DNA from: Bacilli bacterium
GTDB taxonomy: Bacteria > Bacillota_I > Bacilli_A > RF39 > UBA660
Length of the DNA: 64,000 bases
Reading direction: 5' to 3'
Assembly (NCBI GenBank): GCA_900753325.1
Contig: CAADYO010000001.1
Span: 66,546-130,545 of the forward strand
The position numbers and the translations under genes were made by a program. A model generated the notes under the pieces. It was not told the DNA's origin. It saw only the letters and a program-made list of their open reading frames with translations, and ran no database searches. Below are positions 49,355 to 58,704 of the stretch, one piece after another; the stretch's first letter is position 1, and every line of letters starts with the position of its first letter.

Positions 49355-50053
49355 TTATTTTCGATGATTATATATTATTGGGTATGGATTATCATATTTA
49401 TCTAGAGTTGCTGTTTTTAGTGTTCCTAAACCTGCTGTTTCTACACTTGCTGCAGCATCATATATTATATTGCATTGCCAATCTGTCCAAATCTCATCTA
49501 ATTCATATTCATCTTTTTCAGATAGCATATCAGACAAAGCTATGACAAAATCTGTTTTAGTCTCACAAGCTCTTTGAATCATATCTGATGTAGCTTCCTC
49601 TGGCATATATCCAATTATTAAATCCGTATTTTCTAAGCTTACACTGCAATCAAAGCGTTGCTTTCGAAGAATTAAATTTGGATATGGTATTCTTGATGGA
49701 ATTATTAGTCTTGGGTCATATACTGTAATGGTTCCGGTCTGTTGTCTCATGGCAATATATTTTGCTAAACTGGGTATTCTTCCGCCTCCAACTTCCAAAA
49801 TACGTTTATTAATTCCATGAACTTGTTCAATTAAATTAAGAAATCCTAAATACAAATTATGCTCTGGTTCCATCAAGTCTAGTTCAGCATATAACTGACG
49901 AACTAACTCTGGTGAAAAGTCTGTTACCATACCAGAAGAATACCAGCTTAAAATTTGTTTTATTTCTTCTTCTGTATAATCATTTTCATGTAGGACTAAG
50001 TATTCAGTTATTTTCTTTTTTAATTCTTCTTCTGTTATATTTTTTTTCAGCAT
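49355..50053 (-). CDS. Hypothetical protein, possibly a SAM-dependent methyltransferase-like fold
   Basis: The 232-aa ORF has a glycine-rich ILEVGGGRIPSLAKY segment. There is no firm motif assignment. Confidence 0.4.
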   Translation of the reverse strand: MLKKNITEEELKKKITEYLVLHENDYTEEEIKQILSWYSSGMVTDFSPELVRQLYAELDLMEPEHNLYLGFLNLIEQVHGINKRILEVGGGRIPSLAKYIAMRQQTGTITVYDPRLIIPSRIPYPNLILRKQRFDCSVSLENTDLIIGYMPEEATSDMIQRACETKTDFVIALSDMLSEKDEYELDEIWTDWQCNIIYDAAASVETAGLGTLKTATLDKYDNPYPIIYNHRK

Positions 50054-50069
50054 TATTATGTCCTTTCTC

Positions 50070-50744
50070 TTATTTAAATAATACTTCTACTAAAACTGGA
50101 TAATGATCAGAAGTATTAATGTCTTTCACTACTCTTTTATTTAATAATTTAAATTCTTTTGACAAAAATATATGATCTATTGCTCTTTTATACTTTGATG
50201 GTTTAAATGTTTTCTCGGCTATTGGAACTCTATATATATTTAACTTTTCCATTTTGGCAACAAAATCATTAAAGGCTTTCTTGTTATTTTTTAAATTAAA
50301 ATCTCCAGTTAAAATAATGGGATTTTTTTCTTTTTCCACAAGCCTTAAAATAAAGTTTAACTGTCTTATTTTAACACTTTCATACTTATAATCTAAATGA
50401 GTATTAAAAACTGTTACATTTTTATCAGCAATATTTATAACAGTTTTAGTTATAATTCTATTGAGCAATGCTGGAAAATGCGGAAGACGATATGTTTTGG
50501 TACTTATAATATTTTTATTTGTTATGATGGGATTTGATTCATTTATATGTGGGATAGCAAGATAACGATAATCTCCAGTCATTTTATATCCTACTAAATT
50601 TTTTTCTAATTTTTTAGCACATAATGGATATACTTCTTGTAAATTTAAGATATCTATTTTGTTGTCTAAAAGATACTTTTTAATATATGTATGTTTGTTA
50701 GGACTTTGATCATTTTTAATATTAAAAGTACTTATTGTTAACAT
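50070..50744 (-). CDS. Endonuclease/exonuclease/phosphatase (EEP) family protein
   Basis: The 224-aa ORF has an N-terminal LTISTFNIKN...DILNLQEV and a C-terminal SDHYPV motif, characteristic of the EEP fold. Confidence 0.7.
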   Translation of the reverse strand: MLTISTFNIKNDQSPNKHTYIKKYLLDNKIDILNLQEVYPLCAKKLEKNLVGYKMTGDYRYLAIPHINESNPIITNKNIISTKTYRLPHFPALLNRIITKTVINIADKNVTVFNTHLDYKYESVKIRQLNFILRLVEKEKNPIILTGDFNLKNNKKAFNDFVAKMEKLNIYRVPIAEKTFKPSKYKRAIDHIFLSKEFKLLNKRVVKDINTSDHYPVLVEVLFK

Positions 50745-50757
50745 ATTTGCCTCCGGT

Positions 50758-52035
50758 TTAATCTTTATAGTCGAAATAGAAATCTAGAATACGTACACTA
50801 TCTCCAGATACTGCGCCTAGACTTTCTAACTTGTCATCTATTCCCATACGACGTAATTTTTTAGCGAAACGATAAATTGCTTCCTCACTATTAAATTTAG
50901 TCATCTTGAAAATTCTTTCTACTTCTTTTCCAGATATTACCCAAGTTCCATCTGGATCTTTTGTAATAGTATATGGTTCTTCTTTCTTAAATTTGTATAA
51001 AAAATGACTTTCTATTTGGGAATCATCATATAGTGGATTAGTTGGTATGGTATCAAGTTGATCAGCTAAGTAGTCAACAACTTTTTGAAGACCGGTGTTT
51101 GTAGCGGCACTTATTTTGAAAATTTTAACATCGCCTACTTTTTGTTTGAACTCTTCTAAATTTTCTTTAGCATTTGGTAAATCCATTTTATTAGCTATAA
51201 TAACCTGAGGTTTTAATAATAGTTTTGGGTTGAATTCTTCTAATTCTTTATTTATCAATAAATAATCTTCGTATGGATTTCGCATTTCACTGCCGGACAT
51301 ATCAATAACGTGGGCAATTACCCTCGTTCTTTCAATATGACGTAAGAATTTATCTCCTAACCCTTCCCCGTGAGATGCTCCTTCTATTAATCCTGGTAAG
51401 TCAGCAACAACAAAGCTTCTACCATCTGATGCTTTTACAACTCCTAGGTTTGGTGAAAGTGTTGTAAAGTGGTAAGCAGCTATTTTAGGTTTAGATTTTG
51501 ATATTACAGATATAATAGTACTTTTACCGACACTTGGTAGGCCTACTAATCCGACATCAGCAAGGAGCTTTACTTCTACCTTTAGGGTCTTTTTTTCTCC
51601 TTCTTCACCATTTTCTGAATAGTCCGGTGCGGTATTAGTTTGAGTTTTGAAAGCGGTATTTCCTCTACCACCTCTTCCGCCTTTAGCAATTACTTCTTCT
51701 TGATCTTTTTTAGAAAGGTCAGCAATAATTAAGCCTGTTTCTAAATCGGTAACTACTGTTCCTTGAGGAACCTTAACTATTAATGGTTCGGCACCTTTTC
51801 CGTTTTGATTCTTGCCACGACCATTTTCACCTTTTTTAGCTTTTAATATTTTTTGATAGCGGAGGTCAAGAAGTGTATGTAGTCCTTGATCAACTTTAAA
51901 GATTATATCGCCACCATGGCCTCCATTACCACCAAATGGTCCACCCATTTCAATATATTTTTCACGACGAAAAGCAGTACAACCATCGCCACCATTGCCA
52001 GCTTCCACTTTTATTTCGACTTCATCTACAAACAT
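50758..52035 (-). CDS. obg: GTPase Obg (ObgE/CgtA)
   Basis: The 425-aa ORF has a glycine-rich Obg fold (FVDEVEIKVEAGNGGDGC...GGNGGHGGD). It has a G domain (GLPSVGKST) and a TGS-like C-terminus. It lies downstream of rpmA. Confidence 0.9.
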   Translation of the reverse strand: MFVDEVEIKVEAGNGGDGCTAFRREKYIEMGGPFGGNGGHGGDIIFKVDQGLHTLLDLRYQKILKAKKGENGRGKNQNGKGAEPLIVKVPQGTVVTDLETGLIIADLSKKDQEEVIAKGGRGGRGNTAFKTQTNTAPDYSENGEEGEKKTLKVEVKLLADVGLVGLPSVGKSTIISVISKSKPKIAAYHFTTLSPNLGVVKASDGRSFVVADLPGLIEGASHGEGLGDKFLRHIERTRVIAHVIDMSGSEMRNPYEDYLLINKELEEFNPKLLLKPQVIIANKMDLPNAKENLEEFKQKVGDVKIFKISAATNTGLQKVVDYLADQLDTIPTNPLYDDSQIESHFLYKFKKEEPYTITKDPDGTWVISGKEVERIFKMTKFNSEEAIYRFAKKLRRMGIDDKLESLGAVSGDSVRILDFYFDYKD

Positions 52036-52123
52036 GTTATGTGCCTCCCTTTTTTATTTTAGTATAACAAATTTACACAAAAATAGCTAGGTCAAAAAAA
52101 GAGCCTAAAATGGCTCGTCTTTT

Positions 52124-52414
52124 TTATGCTTCTTTAGGATATACTGAAGCTTGTTTCTTATCTCTTCCTAAGCGTTCAAACTTAACAATTCCGTCAATTG
52201 TAGAATATAAAGTATCATCGCTTCCACGACGAACGTTAGTTCCTGGAAATACTTTAGTTCCACGTTGACGATATATAATACTACCAGCTGTAATGAATTC
52301 ACCATCAGCAGCTTTAGCTCCTAATCTACGTCCTGCAGAATCACGACCATTAGATGTTGATCCTTGCCCTTTATGATGAGCAAATAATTGAATATCTAAT
52401 TTTAAAAATCTCAT
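52124..52414 (-). CDS. rpmA: 50S ribosomal protein L27 with an N-terminal propeptide
   Basis: The 96-aa ORF starts [26 protein letters not shown]; the propeptide is cleaved by Prp after the Phe of FAHHKG. Confidence 0.9.
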   Translation of the reverse strand: MRFLKLDIQLFAHHKGQGSTSNGRDSAGRRLGAKAADGEFITAGSIIYRQRGTKVFPGTNVRRGSDDTLYSTIDGIVKFERLGRDKKQASVYPKEA

Positions 52415-52425
52415 AATTCTCCTCC

Positions 52426-52728
52426 TTATTTTACTTCTACATTAGTTGGATAATCATCTTCCAACTCTTTCAAAAGACTAATCATATTGTTTAGTAAACA
52501 TTGGGTAACAAAATCAGTTTTAATATTACTAATAGTTAGACCATCTTTACTAGTTTTATAACTTAGACCTTCCTTATCTATTGATAAAATTCCATTTATT
52601 GTGGTAGTTACTATACTACTTGCAGCACTACAAACAATATCTTTTCCAAAATCAGCATACATAGCATGACCTAATATAGAAACTGATTTTATTTTATCAT
52701 TTTCTTTTGTTATTTTTACTCTAATCAT
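52426..52728 (-). CDS. prp: Ribosomal-processing cysteine protease Prp (YsxB)
   Basis: The 100-aa ORF has [18 protein letters not shown] (catalytic His/Cys). It lies between rplU and rpmA. Confidence 0.8.
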   Translation of the reverse strand: MIRVKITKENDKIKSVSILGHAMYADFGKDIVCSAASSIVTTTINGILSIDKEGLSYKTSKDGLTISNIKTDFVTQCLLNNMISLLKELEDDYPTNVEVK

Positions 52729-52730
52729 GA

Positions 52731-53033
52731 TTAACCATTAATTTTAGTAATTTTTACTTTAGTATAAGGTTGTCTATGTCCTTGAGTCTTACGATTAGAT
52801 CTGTCTTTACTCTTGTACTTGAAAACTTTAATTTTCTTTTGTTTACCGTTTTTTACTACTTCACCTTCAACGGTAACATTAGTAAGATAAGGACTACCAA
52901 TTTTACTATCAAGCATTAATACTTGATCAAATTTAACTGTGTCTCCTACTTCAGCATCAAGCTTTTCTACGTAAATTTCAGAATTTTCTTGTACGTAATA
53001 TTGCTTTCCACCAACTTTAATAACAGCGTTCAT
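52731..53033 (-). CDS. rplU: 50S ribosomal protein L21
   Basis: The 100-aa ORF starts [16 protein letters not shown]... and has an L21 C-terminus ([11 protein letters not shown]). Confidence 0.9.
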   Translation of the reverse strand: MNAVIKVGGKQYYVQENSEIYVEKLDAEVGDTVKFDQVLMLDSKIGSPYLTNVTVEGEVVKNGKQKKIKVFKYKSKDRSNRKTQGHRQPYTKVKITKING

Positions 53034-53171
53034 TAATATATACCTCCTTTTATTAATAACTTAAGACTCGCTCTCAAGGTACAAATAAATTGTTTAAAAC
53101 CTTTTCAATGCGGTTTGAGCATGAGGCGTCAAACATCTAGATTATAGCATAACTATTTTAACCTGTCAACT

Positions 53172-54896
53172 TTACTTAGTACTTGGTTTAGAAATTTCAG
53201 GTAGTGTTTGGATATAACTATCTATTTTACTATCAGGTATAAAGAAATCATCTCTGTCTAAAAATGCTGGTAAATCTTCTTTAGACACTGGCATATCAAT
53301 AGACTCCATAACAATTGCTCTTTTCCATTTTACATTACTTGCATTTAATAAAGAAATATCCTCCCTAACATCTGACATATACTTACTTTTTCCTATTAAA
53401 GCAAGTCTTTCGGCTAACTCTTCACGGGCAAAAAAGGAAATATCAGAGTCCTTTTTTATACTTCCTAATAAATTTTCTTCTCTAAGCAAATCAATTCTTT
53501 TTTTAAAAGCTATAGAATCGACTAATAAAATAGAAGTATTGGAATATAAATATTTTGGATTAATATTATTTGTAGTAAAAGTATTTATATTTTCTAAGAC
53601 AGTTGAATAGACATTACTATCAGTAGAAAATATACTCATATGACTTTTATAAAATTCGCTCGGTATTATTTCTTTTTCTGTAAATGAACTTAAAAGAGAT
53701 ATTGTTGTACTATTACTTACTGACAATATTTTATATATATCGTCTGGGTTAGTTATTTTTATTTTCTTTAGTCCATCTAAGGCTTCCTGTAATTCTTCTT
53801 TTGTGTATCTTGATGTAACACATTCTAGAAATTCTTTATTATTAGGCATAGAAAAACTAGAAAGTATTTGGGCATATGCAGATACTTCTGTTGAAAATGT
53901 TTTATTATATTTTTCTTGAACTTGTTCTGCTATTGCTAGGTTATTTCTATAGACATAATTTAAAAAAAGCAATTGTAAATCTTGATCTGGAATGGAAGCT
54001 AATAAAGTGCGATAATTAGTTATTTCACCTGGTGTTTCCACTTGCTTTTGAAAAAGTGCTAAAAATTCTCGATATTTTAGAGATTTTTTATTTTTTACTC
54101 TTACTCTCTTATTTATTACTGTTTGTTTTGCATTATAATAAGCTGCTATTTTTTTGTATTCTGATATAAAATCCTTAAATTCATCTGTTTTCATTATTTT
54201 ACGAAAAAGATTGTTCCTATCTTTCTTTGAAAATGATTTGTCATTTATATCCACTGGGTTATTATCACAATTCAAAATTATTGTCTCACCAGTATTAGAA
54301 CAAATTCCTTGCGCTGTTTTTATAATATTGATAGCGTGAATTCCTTCTGCTAGTTTTTCTGTACTTTCTAAAACTTTTCTTTTTTCATCTTCATCTAATG
54401 AACATTCTTCATCTGAATTAATAACCTCGTCTATCATCAAATCCAACAATTCCATAAAAGCATTTGCTGAATCTAAGTATGTTTCATCTAATCCATGCTT
54501 CTTTAATGATTTTATTAGTTTTTGATTTATGGAAAACTTTTTTATACCTTTTGTAATAGAGTTACTTTCATCGTTCTTTACTAAATCATTGTGTGATGAT
54601 ACAATTTTTTTTAAAACGCTTGATAAATCCTTTCTTGTTAATTCTGGATTTTCTAGTAATGGTTTTAATCTATTAAAAATGATATCTATTTTTTCAAAGT
54701 CAGCATTAAGCCATGTTAGGGTATGTGCCATAAACATTTGTGTTATATTTATTTTGGCAATACTATCTAAACAAAGCTCCGAATTGTTTTCCAAAAAGTT
54801 TTTTAGGAATAAAGTCTCTTCATCCGGCTCTATTACCTCATTTTCTATAAGAAAAAGCCTTTTATTAAATTCTTCTATTAATTCTTCTGCTGTCAT
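53172..54896 (-). CDS. Large hypothetical protein (574 aa), no recognisable domain
   Basis: The ORF is soluble (no TM) and N/K/S/E-rich. It overlaps the upstream gene by 4 nt (ATGA) and ends 138 nt before rplU. Confidence 0.5.
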   Translation of the reverse strand: MTAEELIEEFNKRLFLIENEVIEPDEETLFLKNFLENNSELCLDSIAKINITQMFMAHTLTWLNADFEKIDIIFNRLKPLLENPELTRKDLSSVLKKIVSSHNDLVKNDESNSITKGIKKFSINQKLIKSLKKHGLDETYLDSANAFMELLDLMIDEVINSDEECSLDEDEKRKVLESTEKLAEGIHAINIIKTAQGICSNTGETIILNCDNNPVDINDKSFSKKDRNNLFRKIMKTDEFKDFISEYKKIAAYYNAKQTVINKRVRVKNKKSLKYREFLALFQKQVETPGEITNYRTLLASIPDQDLQLLFLNYVYRNNLAIAEQVQEKYNKTFSTEVSAYAQILSSFSMPNNKEFLECVTSRYTKEELQEALDGLKKIKITNPDDIYKILSVSNSTTISLLSSFTEKEIIPSEFYKSHMSIFSTDSNVYSTVLENINTFTTNNINPKYLYSNTSILLVDSIAFKKRIDLLREENLLGSIKKDSDISFFAREELAERLALIGKSKYMSDVREDISLLNASNVKWKRAIVMESIDMPVSKEDLPAFLDRDDFFIPDSKIDSYIQTLPEISKPSTK

Positions 54897-55864
54897 TTTT
54901 CTTCACCTGTCTTTACTTTTTGAAAAGGCTTTTCATTATTCTTTCCTAATAAATTATACAATTCTTCTTGATAAGTTGCTTGAAGCTGCATAAAATCTTC
55001 ATTTTGAATATTTTCCTTTAGAACACTTTCCATTTTCTTAAAACTTGCTGCTCTCAGATTTAGTTGTTCTTGATAATCCTTATTATTATCTGTTTTTTTA
55101 GTAAAGGCTGTAATTACACAATACTCTTTTGGCCCTAGTCTAGAAAATACAACACGTATTTTAAAATCTTTTACTTCAAGTAAACCAGAGGCAGTACTGT
55201 TAGATGTAAGTCTTTTACGATTTTTAAATTTTCCAGAAATAATAGAATCGAATAAGCCAATAAAGCCTTCATAATATTCTGGATCTATATGTTTTAATTC
55301 ACTTATAACGCAAGGATTTCCGGATTGTGTAGGCATAAACACTAATTTATTTTCTTCGCTTATTTGTGCTTCTTCTTCTTTTTCTCTTTCTAAAAATAAC
55401 TCTTTTAAAATCGTTTGTCTTCTAGCATTTTCTTTTATTTCATTATTCAATTCTTCTTTATCTTCTGCGGACATTTCTTCTTCATTGATAATTGTTTCTA
55501 TTTGCCTATTTTCTTTTACTAATTCAGCCATTAATCTTAAGAGAACGTTTTCATAATCATAGTCTTCTTTATTTGGTAAAATCTCTTTTATTTCATCCTT
55601 TGTACACTCGCTTGGTAAAGAAAATAATTCACCTAAATAGTATAAAATATCATCTTCAAAAGACTCATCATCATAAATATCTGGTTCGAGATTTGGATTT
55701 TCTGTTATAGTAGGCTGTTTATCTTCAATACCTTCGATAACGTTGGTGCTAGAATGGTGTTTTTCTATTTCTTTTCTCATGATGCTTGAAGTTCTTATAT
55801 TTTGTTCTATTGCTACTAATAAACTGTTAATATCTTCATTATCATTAATTCTTATAAGTTCCAT
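54893..55864 (-). CDS. Acidic protein with a C-terminal Gp49/HigB-like (RelE-fold toxin-like) domain
   Basis: In the 323-aa ORF, the C-terminal GLLEVKDFKIRVVFSRLGPKEYCVITAFTKKTDNNKDY resembles the HigB/Gp49 signature (ELR...RxxY...xxLLhaFxKKTqKTP). The N-terminal half is acidic and coiled-coil. Its start lies 4 nt after the helicase stop. Confidence 0.45.
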   Translation of the reverse strand: MELIRINDNEDINSLLVAIEQNIRTSSIMRKEIEKHHSSTNVIEGIEDKQPTITENPNLEPDIYDDESFEDDILYYLGELFSLPSECTKDEIKEILPNKEDYDYENVLLRLMAELVKENRQIETIINEEEMSAEDKEELNNEIKENARRQTILKELFLEREKEEEAQISEENKLVFMPTQSGNPCVISELKHIDPEYYEGFIGLFDSIISGKFKNRKRLTSNSTASGLLEVKDFKIRVVFSRLGPKEYCVITAFTKKTDNNKDYQEQLNLRAASFKKMESVLKENIQNEDFMQLQATYQEELYNLLGKNNEKPFQKVKTGEEK

Positions 55865-55867
55865 ATT

Positions 55868-57970
55868 TTACTCCTTTTGTGTTTTGGCATTTTGATAAGT
55901 CTTTGTTTTTTTTGTTTGTCCGGGAGGCTGTTGAAGGCATCTATCGGCAAATTCTTTTACATCAGCAAGGTCTGCAGTTGCATTGGTAAATGGCAATGTT
56001 TCTAGGACTGCTGCTCCATAGTCTTTTATTCTAGAGTCTAGGATTGATACTATTCCTTTATCTGTTTCACTTCTAATTAAACGTCCTGCTCCTTGTTTTA
56101 ATTTTATAAGCATATCTTGTAAGTAGACAGCATTTGAACCACCAGCATAGTATTCTGCTTTGGCATCCATTACAGGATCTACCACGTGAAACGGTAATTT
56201 AGGTATGATAACATTTTCTAGTGACTCACCTTTGATATCTATTCCTTCCCAAAATGAACCAGTTGCAAAAAGACAAGAAGTAGTATCTTCTTTAAAGCTT
56301 TGTTTTAAAGTTTCAGCATCTTTTCCGTCTTCTTGTATGTAGATGTTATAAGGTTTACCTTTTTCTACAATTCTCTTATATACTTCTCGCATATCACTTT
56401 TAGAAGTAAATAATACTAGTGCCCTTCCTTTGGTAACATCTAATAGTTCACTAACCCTTGTAGAGATAGATGATAAATAGGCATCACGATCAGGACTTTT
56501 TGGTGATACTAAGTCTAAAGGGCAATATAACATGGCATTTTCGTCATAATTAAATGGGGATTTTTGTGGGTCTTCTGAAATGATACGGCTACCTATTTTA
56601 TTATCTATTCCTAATCCTTTAGCAAAATACTCATAATCTCCTTCAGTTGTTAAAGTAGCTGATGTGAATACTTTACCATAGTTGGGATTTTTTAATAAAT
56701 TTCTGGCAAGTACTGGGATATTTTTTGGTACATATTGTATCTCAATATGTTCTTTTGTTCCTGGTAAAAATGATGCCCAGTAGACATTTTTTTGTCTTTC
56801 ACTTAATGATATTAGGTCCTGAAAAGCTAATATTGTATCTTGTAGTGTACTAACCTGTTCTAGAAAATCTTTATTTCTATTATAACGACTAGTAAATACA
56901 GCTTCTTCTTCTAGTTCTTTTAATTGTTTTATTAATGTTTCGACTGACTCTTTTATGGCCGGTGTACATTTAAAACTTGAGCTTTCAGAATCAAAGACAT
57001 CAATATTATCAATAGCATGTTTGTTATATTCTCTTTTGGCACTACTGCTTACTTTTCTAAATAAATTATTGATGGTGCCAATCGCCGGTATATCTTCTCT
57101 GACATTCTTATTTAACCCACGATATAATCCATAAATTAATGATTCGAGTTCGTGTTTATTTAAACTTTTTTTATAAGAGTCTCTTATTTTTTCTTCTAAA
57201 GTATGAGCCTCATCTACAATTAGAATAGATGGTTCTCCCAGTAAAGGACTTTCACTGTCCCTTTTTAGTGATTCTACCAATAAGTTATGATTACAAATAA
57301 TAGCATGGGATTCTGGCCAACGTTTTCTTTTTACTCGGTAAGTACAATCTGATTCATATACACAACTACTGCATCTAACTTTATCAACATTCATCTTTTT
57401 CCAATCTGCTTGACTGATATCATTAAAATCTGCACGTTCAACCTTGCCTTCTTTTATTCTTTCTTTAATACTTTCTACTTTTTTTGTCTGACCGGTATTT
57501 CTTTCAAAGTATTCAAAACGTCTTTTACATAAATAATTGCTTCTTCCTTTAGCAATTGTAACATTTATCTTTGGTAGACCTAGCATTTCTGATAGAGTTT
57601 CTATTTCTTTTTTTAATTGGTCTTGTAGGGCCTTTGAAGATGTTGAAATGATAAATCCTTTAAATTTATCACTACCAGAACTTGCGTATATTAAAGGCAC
57701 TAAATAGGCCCAAGATTTACCTGAACCTACTCCTGATTCAATTAAAAGAATACTACGATCTTTTATAGCATCGGCTATATCTAGTGCCATAGTATGTTGA
57801 CCTTCACGATATTCTAAGGTCTTACTTTCAGCTAAATTTGCGAAGAAACTATCAATTTGTTCTTCTTGATCACGACTTAATATTTGATTTTCTTTTTCCC
57901 AAACATATCTCATATCACACCAGCCCTTTTCTTGAGTGCATATTATACTATAAATCCGTTTAAAAGTCAA
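55868..57970 (-). CDS. DinG/Rad3(XPD)-family Fe-S DNA helicase
   Basis: The 700-aa ORF has Walker A (ESGVGSGKSWAYLVP) and a DEAH box (LIVDEAHTLEE). A four-Cys cluster (C...CSSCVYESDC...C) lies between the motifs. The likely true start is MRYVWEK at 57913. Confidence 0.7.
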   Translation of the reverse strand: MTFKRIYSIICTQEKGWCDMRYVWEKENQILSRDQEEQIDSFFANLAESKTLEYREGQHTMALDIADAIKDRSILLIESGVGSGKSWAYLVPLIYASSGSDKFKGFIISTSSKALQDQLKKEIETLSEMLGLPKINVTIAKGRSNYLCKRRFEYFERNTGQTKKVESIKERIKEGKVERADFNDISQADWKKMNVDKVRCSSCVYESDCTYRVKRKRWPESHAIICNHNLLVESLKRDSESPLLGEPSILIVDEAHTLEEKIRDSYKKSLNKHELESLIYGLYRGLNKNVREDIPAIGTINNLFRKVSSSAKREYNKHAIDNIDVFDSESSSFKCTPAIKESVETLIKQLKELEEEAVFTSRYNRNKDFLEQVSTLQDTILAFQDLISLSERQKNVYWASFLPGTKEHIEIQYVPKNIPVLARNLLKNPNYGKVFTSATLTTEGDYEYFAKGLGIDNKIGSRIISEDPQKSPFNYDENAMLYCPLDLVSPKSPDRDAYLSSISTRVSELLDVTKGRALVLFTSKSDMREVYKRIVEKGKPYNIYIQEDGKDAETLKQSFKEDTTSCLFATGSFWEGIDIKGESLENVIIPKLPFHVVDPVMDAKAEYYAGGSNAVYLQDMLIKLKQGAGRLIRSETDKGIVSILDSRIKDYGAAVLETLPFTNATADLADVKEFADRCLQQPPGQTKKTKTYQNAKTQKE

Positions 57971-58074
57971 TAAAAGTAAAGAAAACAGTATAGGTAGGCT
58001 ATACTGTTTTTAGCTATTCGTACTAATTTTAATCTCTTCTCTTATATGACCTACATTTCCTTCTCCAGCATATT

Positions 58075-58683
58075 TTAATTTTCTTTCCCATTCTTAATAC
58101 TATTTAGTTTTTCTAGATGTTTAAAAAGATGAGAAAAGTCAACGTTATTAAACTCTTCTACTTTGCCAGTTTTAAGATGAGGAGTTTTTATATTTAAAAT
58201 TCTTTTCATATATGAAGTAACTGAACCATGTGAAATTATTAGTATTGTATCTTTTGAGGAATTATTAGTGTATACATCTTTTAAGAATTCTGATAGTCTA
58301 GACTCTATTTCAAATCTATTTTCGCCAGTTGAACCTAGTCTTATGAAGTAGTCTCCTTCTACTTGTTTTATTCTAGTGTTATCAAGATTTTTATTATTTC
58401 TTTGACCTGAATATTTTCCATAATTTAGTTCACGAATTCTATTTTCAATTACTATTTTACTTTCTTTATATTTCTTATAAACTAAGTGTGCTGTTTCAAT
58501 AGTTCTAGGTAAAGGAGAGACGTAGATTTTATCTATTACGTCTGGTAAATCTTTAATAGATTCTTCTACTGTTTTAATACCAGAATCAGTTAAGATAGAC
58601 CAGTATATTTCTTTATCTGAAATTAGTCCTTTAACGTTATCAGTAGCTTCACCATGTCTCATAAAAATTATATTCATATGCAT
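58075..58683 (-). CDS. Histidine phosphatase family protein (phosphoglycerate mutase-like)
   Basis: The 202-aa ORF has an IIFMRHGEATDN (RHG catalytic motif) and ISHGS downstream. The start is probably the second ATG (58677), 9 nt after AGGAG. Confidence 0.7.
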   Translation of the reverse strand: MHMNIIFMRHGEATDNVKGLISDKEIYWSILTDSGIKTVEESIKDLPDVIDKIYVSPLPRTIETAHLVYKKYKESKIVIENRIRELNYGKYSGQRNNKNLDNTRIKQVEGDYFIRLGSTGENRFEIESRLSEFLKDVYTNNSSKDTILIISHGSVTSYMKRILNIKTPHLKTGKVEEFNNVDFSHLFKHLEKLNSIKNGKEN

Positions 58684-58704
58684 TTCTCCTATATCTTAGT
58701 TATT

